A stretch of 32,000 nucleotides of DNA from Chlamydiota bacterium. GTDB taxonomy: Bacteria; Auribacterota; JACPWU01. The stretch lies in NCBI GenBank assembly GCA_016196885.1, contig JACPWU010000035.1, forward strand, positions 1 through 32,000. The letters run 5' to 3'. This document shows positions 6,419 to 13,405 of this stretch, one piece after another. Numbering within the stretch: position 1 is the first letter of the stretch; each line of letters starts with the position of its first letter. The notes beneath the pieces were generated by a model. The model saw only the letters and a program-made list of their open reading frames with translations, ran no database searches and was not told the origin of the DNA. Both the position numbers and the translations under genes were made by a program.

Positions 6419-7510
6419 ATGAAAAAAATACTGTTTTCTCTTCTCTGCATTTTGGGTATCACCCCTTTTATTTTTGCTCAACCCTCTCCAGGACTTTCTT
6501 ATCGGCATCCGGACGGAAGTTTTCAAATTCAGTTTTCCGCCGGCTGGGTTCAAACGCAAACGACGAGCCCCGTCCAATCAGCCTATTTCGTTTTTTACCA
6601 AGGGAACATGCCTGCGGGAGAAATGATCGTTTTCATTGAACCCCTGATGCAGCCTGTGACCGCTCAAGCATATGCCTGGAACGCTGAACAAAACTCGCTG
6701 AGGGGCCTTCAGAATTATCAAGAGGCCTCTGAAATGCCCATCTCCATCGCGGGTCAAGGCGCGATCGTTCGCCAATTCAGCTACACGCAAAATCTGAAAG
6801 AAATGACCCAAATGATCGCAGCGGAAGAATTTTATTTTGTTTTTGGGAATGCGGCCTACACCTTTCATTTTGGAACCCATGCCCACCTCTATCCGCAAGT
6901 GAAACCTCAATTTGACGAAATTATTCGGACCCTTCAGCTTTTCGCAACAGGACCTCTCCCTCCCACAACGGCCGCAGCCACAACTCCAACATTAACCCCT
7001 CATCTTCAAAGTTTGAGCGAGAACCCTTCCCCAACGCCCCCTCTCCAAACTCAAACACCGGACAACACCTGGGTTCCTTCTCCTCAAGTGCTTCCCACCC
7101 CAGAAAAAATATTCGGTCTCAAACCCTATCAGGACCCCAAAGGAAAATTTTCCATGCAAGTCCCTGACCGCTGGCTCACCACGGAAAGCGCAAGCGGACT
7201 CATGAGTGTCTCAGGAAAAGGGCATGTCATCTCTGTGGAAATTTTTCCGGGGCCTGAAACGGTAGATGTCATGCAATCCATTAAAACCCGGGGCAAAACC
7301 ATTGTGTCCCAAGGGACTCGGGTGATTCAAGGAATGAATGGAACGGAAATCATTTTCAAAGACAAGGACCCTCAAGGATGGGATGTGATTGAAACATTGA
7401 TAATCCTAAAGGAAAAGAACGCCCTGGTCAGTTTCATCGCCCCTGAAGCCGAATATGAAAGCATCAAGTCCAGCCGCGATGAGATTTTGAAAAGCTTGAG
7501 GTTTGCATAA
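6419..7510 (+). CDS. Exported paralog P3: two modules separated by a P/T-rich linker
   Basis: ATG lies 4 nt after the P2 stop; AAAGGA SD. Signal peptide MKKILFSLLCILGITPFIFAQ. Module 1 is YRHPDGSFQIQFSAGWVQTQTT. Module 2 is YQDPKGKFSMQVPDRWLTTES. Confidence 0.85.
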   Translation: MKKILFSLLCILGITPFIFAQPSPGLSYRHPDGSFQIQFSAGWVQTQTTSPVQSAYFVFYQGNMPAGEMIVFIEPLMQPVTAQAYAWNAEQNSLRGLQNYQEASEMPISIAGQGAIVRQFSYTQNLKEMTQMIAAEEFYFVFGNAAYTFHFGTHAHLYPQVKPQFDEIIRTLQLFATGPLPPTTAAATTPTLTPHLQSLSENPSPTPPLQTQTPDNTWVPSPQVLPTPEKIFGLKPYQDPKGKFSMQVPDRWLTTESASGLMSVSGKGHVISVEIFPGPETVDVMQSIKTRGKTIVSQGTRVIQGMNGTEIIFKDKDPQGWDVIETLIILKEKNALVSFIAPEAEYESIKSSRDEILKSLRFA

Positions 7511-7521
7511 ATGCGCTAAAA

Positions 7522-7530
7522 TGATATAAT
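7522..7530 (+). promoter_or_regulatory. Extended -10 element TGaTATAAT upstream of the BrnT-like remnant
   Basis: TGATATAAT at 7522-7530. The identical 9-mer recurs at 15528-15536 upstream of P6. Confidence 0.35.
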
Positions 7531-7542
7531 AACTATACCATT

Positions 7543-7712
7543 ATGGAATTCGGGTACGACGAACATAAAAGCACATCTAACAAAATCAAAATGTTGATTT
7601 TCCCAATTGGGTGATTCGTTCTTTGGACAGAGAAGCAAGAAAATTGGGAGTGACACGGCAATCGCTTATCAAGTTATGGATCGCCGATCATTTTAGACAG
7701 CTTGCCAGATAA
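7543..7712 (+). pseudogene. Decayed BrnT/BrnA-like toxin-antitoxin remnant
   Basis: 7543-7614 reads MEFGYDEHKSTSNKIKMLIFPIG-stop. The first 16 aa resemble the BrnT (DUF497) N-terminus M-x-F-E-W-D-x-x-K-x-x-x-N-x-x-K. 7614-7712 in another frame reads IRSLDREARKLGVTRQSLIKLWIADHFRQLAR-stop, like the C-terminal ribbon-helix-helix end of BrnA/CopG antitoxins. Both pieces are far too short to be intact. Confidence 0.45.
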
Positions 7713-7733
7713 CACCCTTGTAGACTTATATTT

Positions 7734-7786
7734 GTAGTCGCCCCATTTATGGGGCCGTCCATTTGCCCGATGAATCGGGCGACTAC
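7734..7786. repeat. REP doublet copy 4: GTAGTC-GCCCCATTTATGGGGC-CGTCCATTT-GCCCGATGAATCGGGC-GACTAC
   Basis: Same orientation as copy 1. Lies 18 nt downstream of the stop of the minus-strand gene 7804..9288. Confidence 0.85.
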
Positions 7787-7803
7787 AAATCAAGTGTATC
7801 TGT

Positions 7804-9288
7804 CTACTCCAAAATAATATCTGTCGGATCCTGTGGATTCACATAGCCTCCTCGCGTGGGATCATAATCTTGAGGCGTTACCCACACCGCTTGTCCCGTC
7901 TTCTCGGAATCCCGATAGCCCCCGCCCTGCATGTATTCTCCCCATTTTTCACCCACCAGATCATTGGACTGGGTTTTTGCCTCCCAGCTTTCCATCACGC
8001 TGGAGGTGTCGGCGGGATGATTGGCCGGTAAAACCATGCCTTTCACCCCGCCCCCCAAAAGCTCTGGATGCAGGACCTGAAAACTTTTTTCAATCGCTTC
8101 TAGAAGGGATGAGACCGATTCCCATCGCTCGAGGGGGGCCTGTCGAATAGACATCACGCCTGAGAAGCTCACCATTTGCCTTAAAATTCCAGAGGTCATC
8201 GCCGCCCTCAATCGGCGGCCCTGCCAGTCATATTCCATGATGCGCCCGCCCATTCTCCAAGTTTGCCCGATGGCGTCTGTCATGTCCGCATAAGATTTTT
8301 GATCGAGAATGACGCTATTTTGAAGTTTGTCACCCAGATTGCGAAGGGCAAAATCCATGAATTGAAAGGGATCGGGATTGCCCGGCAAATAAATGGAAAG
8401 CCCTATCGAAACCGCTGTCTCATCTTGTGGGTCTTTCACATCAATACCATTTAAGGTCTCACTCACCTGCCAACCGTCTGGATAATAAACCTGAAAGGCA
8501 TTCCCCTGATAAAGCTTCAGAGGCTCGCCTTGAAAAGTTTCAAAACTCTCTGCAATCACTTGAAGCATTTCTTCCAAACCTTCCCATTCTTTTTGACGCG
8601 CCCAATAGGCTCGATAAAGACCGCGCCTCCCCTCCAAAGAAACTTTTGCCTTTCCTTGAATGGGAATCCCCGCTAAGACGCCCGAAAAATCAGCTGTCGC
8701 AAGCGTCTCTCTTTCATCCACCGCTCCCAGACTTAAACTGTTTCCACTTTTTTGATAAATGGCCTGATCTATTTGGAAGCAACTTCTCAAAAATTCTGTC
8801 AGGGTTAAACCCTTTTTTAAAAAAACGGGATAAACCACCACCCCCGTCAAGGCCTGAGGTTCCCGCTTCACCAAAATCTTTCCCTGCATGGCATGGAGAT
8901 GCCACATTTCCGGAATCCGAATCGAAAATCCCAGAAAGGCATCACGATAAACTGTCATGGGAAGCGACACACTTGGTTTCCTGACGGCCGTCAGTGGAAT
9001 GGGAGTCACTCCCGTCACTCCTGAACCTTTCCCGATGGGGATTTGAGAACCATCGGGGAGTTCAAGAAATTGAGCAGAACCCCAAGAGGGCTCTGTCACT
9101 TTTGTTGTCACAGAAGAAGGACGAGACACCCCAGGTGTTTCTTGATCTATTTTTTGCCTGGCCTCATTTCTCTTCCATGAAAAAATGAAAGCAAGGCTGA
9201 CAAAAGTAAAAAATCCCACCGTCACCAAAATTTTTTGGCGCAGGGACCAAGCACCCACCTGAGACAGGAATGAAAAGCACTTTTTCAC
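7804..9288 (-). CDS. N-terminally membrane-anchored protein, anchored-paralog family (paralog of 2420..3667); last gene of the kinase operon
   Basis: GTG start at 9288 overlaps the TGA stop of the upstream kinase gene (GTGA at 9288-9285). TM helix ILVTVGFFTFVSLAFIFS. Conserved blocks FLGFSIRIPEMW, FQVYYPDGW, IYLPGNPDPFQF, SFSGVMSIR, LGGGVK. Extra C-terminal G/D/P-rich tail. Confidence 0.8.
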   Translation of the reverse strand: MKKCFSFLSQVGAWSLRQKILVTVGFFTFVSLAFIFSWKRNEARQKIDQETPGVSRPSSVTTKVTEPSWGSAQFLELPDGSQIPIGKGSGVTGVTPIPLTAVRKPSVSLPMTVYRDAFLGFSIRIPEMWHLHAMQGKILVKREPQALTGVVVYPVFLKKGLTLTEFLRSCFQIDQAIYQKSGNSLSLGAVDERETLATADFSGVLAGIPIQGKAKVSLEGRRGLYRAYWARQKEWEGLEEMLQVIAESFETFQGEPLKLYQGNAFQVYYPDGWQVSETLNGIDVKDPQDETAVSIGLSIYLPGNPDPFQFMDFALRNLGDKLQNSVILDQKSYADMTDAIGQTWRMGGRIMEYDWQGRRLRAAMTSGILRQMVSFSGVMSIRQAPLERWESVSSLLEAIEKSFQVLHPELLGGGVKGMVLPANHPADTSSVMESWEAKTQSNDLVGEKWGEYMQGGGYRDSEKTGQAVWVTPQDYDPTRGGYVNPQDPTDIILE

Positions 9289-10424
9289 AACGCCCTCTCC
9301 TTTATCAACGGAATCCAGAAGTGAACTTGTGTACCCTCTCCTAGAGTGCTGTGAAGCTCAATCTCTCCACCATGCCGGGCAATCATGCCTTTGGCAAAGG
9401 GGAGTCCCAGGCCAGCAAGTTTCTCGTTATCCTTTTCCACATTGATGATCGGAAAGAATAAATCCCTTCGGACCTCTTCAGAAATCCCATGTCCTTCATC
9501 TTTAATCGTGAAGCTTATTGCGGGCATGTTATTTTTATCCATGGGTTTGGCCTGAACCTCTACTGTTCTCCCTTTGTCACTTGCCTCTATTGCATTCAGG
9601 ACCAGCCTTCGTAAGGTTTCCTGTAGGGCCGTAGGACTTGCCAGCACTTTCGTCTTTCCTCCCTCTATTTCCTTCTTGAGAATAATTCCTTTTTCATGAA
9701 CTGCCTTTTGAAGCTCTTCATCCTCAAAGTCCACCAATTCACTGAGTGCAATCTCTCTAAAGTCTTTGAGGCTATCCCAATAGATGGTCCTTAAGTTGTG
9801 GGTGATTTCTCGAATCCGTCTGACACATTGAAGAGCCGTATTGCCAAACTCGATCTCGGATTCGTCTTTATTAAAGCGCCGAGCTGCCAGTTGTACAAAT
9901 GTATATACACTCTGAATTGCATTGTTGATGTGGTGAGCAACCCAGGTGGTATAATTTTCCATGGCATGGGAAGTTTTTTCCTGAATCAACCGTGTGACTT
10001 CTTCCAATTGGGTGTTTTTTGCCTTTTCTTCAATATATTTTTGCAGGCTTGCTCCTAAGACTGCTTCTATTTCTTCTCTTTGATAGGGCTTATGAATGTA
10101 TTTGAAAATTTCTGCTTGATTAATGCTGGAGCCCAGGACTTCTATGTCTGAGTATCCAGTGAATAAGACTCGGATCACCTGAGGAAAAAACTGTTTGATT
10201 TGAGCGAGAAGTTCTATTCCCGTCATTGCGGACATGCGTTGGTCTGCGATAACAACTGCAATTTCGCTTCCCCGAGGGGTTCGTAAGATTTCCAGAGCTT
10301 CTTTGCCTGTCTGTGAAACCAGAATATTGAAGGAATCTCCAAACTGGAGTTTAAAAGTTTTTAGAACTTTTTGCTCATCATCAACAACAAGAATTGAATA
10401 ATTCTTCTGAGAAACTGCTGTCAT
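9285..10424 (-). CDS. Receiver-histidine kinase fusion (REC + HisKA-like + HATPase_c)
   Basis: REC motifs: ILVVDDE, VVIADQRMSAMTG (Asp61), LFTGYSD, HKP. H-box WVAHHINNAIQSV. ATP-lid motifs NAIEAS, DEGHGI, GLGLPF. AGAGGAG SD in the 23-nt gap after the upstream kinase gene. Confidence 0.9.
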   Translation of the reverse strand: MTAVSQKNYSILVVDDEQKVLKTFKLQFGDSFNILVSQTGKEALEILRTPRGSEIAVVIADQRMSAMTGIELLAQIKQFFPQVIRVLFTGYSDIEVLGSSINQAEIFKYIHKPYQREEIEAVLGASLQKYIEEKAKNTQLEEVTRLIQEKTSHAMENYTTWVAHHINNAIQSVYTFVQLAARRFNKDESEIEFGNTALQCVRRIREITHNLRTIYWDSLKDFREIALSELVDFEDEELQKAVHEKGIILKKEIEGGKTKVLASPTALQETLRRLVLNAIEASDKGRTVEVQAKPMDKNNMPAISFTIKDEGHGISEEVRRDLFFPIINVEKDNEKLAGLGLPFAKGMIARHGGEIELHSTLGEGTQVHFWIPLIKERAL

Positions 10425-10447
10425 ATCAACTCCTCTTGAAAATTCAT

Positions 10448-13405
10448 TTAAGAAGAGCGCTTACGATCCACAGGTAATTTTACAATAAACTCCGTTCCCT
10501 CACCCACCTTGCTTTTTACCTGAATTTCTCCGCCATGAGCTTGAATCGTGGCATGGCTTACACTTAAACCTAATCCCGTTCCCGATCCTACGGGTTTGGT
10601 CGTGAAAAAGAGATCGAAGATTTTATCCAAATCTTCCTTTGAGATACCGACTCCATCATCTCGAACCGAGGCAAAAATGAAGTTGCTTTCCTGCCAGGTT
10701 TTAATCCAGATATTTCCATTTCCTAAAATTGCATCTGATGCATTCTTGATGAGATTGATAAACACCTCTTCCAATCGAATAGAATCTCCTTGGATAGGAA
10801 TCACTGTACCATAAGTTTCGTGAAACTGTATTCGAGCCGCATTTCCAGCTTTTAAAATTCGAACACCCCTTTGCAAGATCTGATTTAAATCTACCGTCTC
10901 TATGTTCATCTGTGTAGCTCCATGATGGGAAGCCACCAGAAGATCCTGTACAATCACTCTCACTGCATCCAATTCTTCTTCCATGATTTCAAGAACCTCT
11001 TTGACGTCTGGCACGATCTCTTCAAAAGATGCATTTCCAGTTTTGACTCTTTCTATTCTATTTCTTAAGATGTCAACTCCTTGAATGGGCGAGTGGATTT
11101 TATTATTAAAGTGATGAGCAATACCTGCCACCATCACACCAATAGAAGCCAATTTCCCTGATTGAAAAAATTGTATCTCCAATTTCCTTCTTTCAATCAA
11201 CCCTTTTACTCGTGTCAAAATCTCTCGATTATTGAATGGCTTAGAGAGATACTCATCTGCCCCTTCTTCATAGCCTTTTATTTTGGATTCTATATCTGCT
11301 TTGGAGGTGAGCAGGATCACTGGGGTGAGTTTGAGTTCTTCGTCTGTTTTAATCGCATGCGCCAGTTCGTACCCATTCATTTTGGGCATCATGATGTCAG
11401 ATATGATAAGCGCCGGTCTTTGGGCTTTTACCTTTTGCAAGCCCTCTTCTCCATCCTTGGCAAAGTCAAGATTGTAGTAGTCTTTTAAGACGTAGCCCAA
11501 TATCTGGATGATTTGCGAATTGTCTTCGACAATGAGGATTTTGTCGCGGCCAAAGACTTCGCCTCGCAAGTGGCTGAGGTCCACTTCGTCAAAGTTTTTG
11601 AGGCCAAGATTTATTTTGATGTTTTCATCTTCGGTGAGATTCGTTGTGTCGAGTTTTGTTTTGTCTATGTGACGGTCTCCTAAGGGGAGTTCTACCGTGA
11701 AGATGCTCCCTTTGCCTACTTCGCTTTGGACACTCACTTTCCCAGAAAGTTTTTCCACAAATTCTTTTACGGTTGCAAGTCCAAGCCCTGTCCCTTGTAC
11801 TTCTCTTAAGGGGTTGTTGCTCGCTTGTGTGAAGGGGTCGAAGAGGGTGGCCAGATCCTCTTTGGGGATCCCTCGACCTGTGTCTCGTACTTGAATTTCG
11901 CACGTGCCTGCGTTTCCCCTCCCTTGATGGGAGGGGTTAGGGGAGGGTGACGCTCCCACCACAACCTCCACTTCACCATCTTTCGTAAATTTCAACGCAT
12001 TTCCAATGAGATTGTTTAACACTTTTTTCAATTTGGCTCGGTCGGTGTAAATATTTATTGGCTTTTCAAGCTTGTTCGTAAATTTAAGCCTGTTATGAGA
12101 AGATTTTGCAGCGCTTTCAAAGGCTTTGACTGTCCGATCCACAAAGCTCGCGATCTCAAGCTCGCTCCATGTGATTTCAAGAAGCCCCTTTTGAGACTTT
12201 GTGAGCATTAAAAGGTCATTCACATTCTCTAGCATGTCATCCAGAAAGGCACGGCTATCACCCAGAAGTTTTTCTTGCTGGACACTGTCTTTTAGGCCCC
12301 CTTCCATTATCATTTGAATGGTACTCGATAAGGCGACTAATGGGGTTCTAAATTCATGCGTGATGTTAGAGAAGAAGCGGGATTTGGCTTGGTCTAGATC
12401 TTTCAATTTCTCATTTGCCGTTTGAAGTTCTCGGGTTCTTTCTTGTACAAGTTCTTCCAAATGGTCTCGATGTTTCTGAAGTTCGGCATGCGTTTTTTCT
12501 AGTTCCTCATTGGCCGCTTGTAGTTCGTCGTATTTTTTGGTGATGGCTGTCACCGATTTTTCAAGGGCTTCGTTCTGCTCTTCTGTCATGAGCGTGTTTT
12601 CCTTGATGATTTTCCGATAGTCCAAAAGACGGCCCACCGTATAAGCCACAAGCATGAGGAGAAGTCCTGTTATCCCGTTAAGTGTGCTCTTGGGTAAGAT
12701 GATGAGACTAACCATGACAAGTGGAAGCGATATCGCCAGTCCCATCACCCCCAAGATTCTCCTCGGCCGATTGAGCCAGGTGTAGATATCCACGCAATAA
12801 GGGGCTCCCTGTGCTTGGCATTGTAGCTCCTGGACTTTCGCCATGGGCATGTCGAATAGGTTTGGGATGGAGGCCATTTGGCCGTGGCGATTTTCGCAAG
12901 CATATCGGTCGGTCTCGATTCCTTCTTTCCATGTTATTTTGATGACGGCTTCGTTTCTCTTTAATTCAAGAAGTTCCCACAAGGCCGCTTTGTTGAAGTT
13001 GGGGACCATTTCGACCACTTTCTTGATGGTAAATTTGACGGTGCCAAAGAACCGAAAGATGGTGTAGGTGCTTCCCCACGCTTCTTTCGTTGCGGCAATG
13101 GTCCCTGCTTCAAAGGGGGCTTTGGGGTCTTGGGTTGTGTCCGCGACGGCTTTGAGTAAGTGACGGTAATAGCTCCACGAGACCCAGTTGTTTTCATCTT
13201 GGAGATAATTGAGGTCCTGTCCTGTGTCTTGAATAAGTTGCGCTAACAACTTTTCCCCATATCTTTTTTTAACGTACAAAAGGGTGCTTTTTAAGACTTT
13301 GCAGTTGAGTTCTGCTCTTTCAAGTTTTTTTGTTTCTTTTCTGATTGTTTCCATTTTAGGGTCTTGTTTAGTTTTTCCGCTCCTTTTCAGCGATGATTTC
13401 TGCAC
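10448..13405 (-). CDS. Hybrid sensor kinase with two transmitter cores: N-terminal sensor, 2 TM, coiled coil, HisKA/HATPase_c, REC, second HisKA-like/HATPase_c
   Basis: First core: FFSNITHEFRTPL (His350), GNALKFT, DTGRGI, GTGLGL. REC: ILIVEDN, IISDIMMPKMNG (Asp670), LLTSK, LSKP. Second core: GIAHHFNNKI (His763/764), NLIKNASDA, DDGVGI, GTGLGLS. TM helices about aa 217-237 and 244-262. The start is uncertain: GTG 13405 overlaps the upstream gene by 38 nt, while ATG 13354 lies 13 nt after its stop. Confidence 0.9.
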   Translation of the reverse strand: MQKSSLKRSGKTKQDPKMETIRKETKKLERAELNCKVLKSTLLYVKKRYGEKLLAQLIQDTGQDLNYLQDENNWVSWSYYRHLLKAVADTTQDPKAPFEAGTIAATKEAWGSTYTIFRFFGTVKFTIKKVVEMVPNFNKAALWELLELKRNEAVIKITWKEGIETDRYACENRHGQMASIPNLFDMPMAKVQELQCQAQGAPYCVDIYTWLNRPRRILGVMGLAISLPLVMVSLIILPKSTLNGITGLLLMLVAYTVGRLLDYRKIIKENTLMTEEQNEALEKSVTAITKKYDELQAANEELEKTHAELQKHRDHLEELVQERTRELQTANEKLKDLDQAKSRFFSNITHEFRTPLVALSSTIQMIMEGGLKDSVQQEKLLGDSRAFLDDMLENVNDLLMLTKSQKGLLEITWSELEIASFVDRTVKAFESAAKSSHNRLKFTNKLEKPINIYTDRAKLKKVLNNLIGNALKFTKDGEVEVVVGASPSPNPSHQGRGNAGTCEIQVRDTGRGIPKEDLATLFDPFTQASNNPLREVQGTGLGLATVKEFVEKLSGKVSVQSEVGKGSIFTVELPLGDRHIDKTKLDTTNLTEDENIKINLGLKNFDEVDLSHLRGEVFGRDKILIVEDNSQIIQILGYVLKDYYNLDFAKDGEEGLQKVKAQRPALIISDIMMPKMNGYELAHAIKTDEELKLTPVILLTSKADIESKIKGYEEGADEYLSKPFNNREILTRVKGLIERRKLEIQFFQSGKLASIGVMVAGIAHHFNNKIHSPIQGVDILRNRIERVKTGNASFEEIVPDVKEVLEIMEEELDAVRVIVQDLLVASHHGATQMNIETVDLNQILQRGVRILKAGNAARIQFHETYGTVIPIQGDSIRLEEVFINLIKNASDAILGNGNIWIKTWQESNFIFASVRDDGVGISKEDLDKIFDLFFTTKPVGSGTGLGLSVSHATIQAHGGEIQVKSKVGEGTEFIVKLPVDRKRSS

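Noticed and set aside
12760-13405. H-NOX (heme-NO/O2 binding) identity for the N-terminal sensor of the hybrid kinase
   Set aside because: The overall length, the helical start and the C-terminal C-x-x-x-G-x-x-x-C region are reminiscent of H-NOX or V4R-type sensors. I could not find the Y-x-S-x-R heme-propionate motif (only Y-A-C-E-N-R) or a clearly placed proximal His. It is left as an unassigned sensor.
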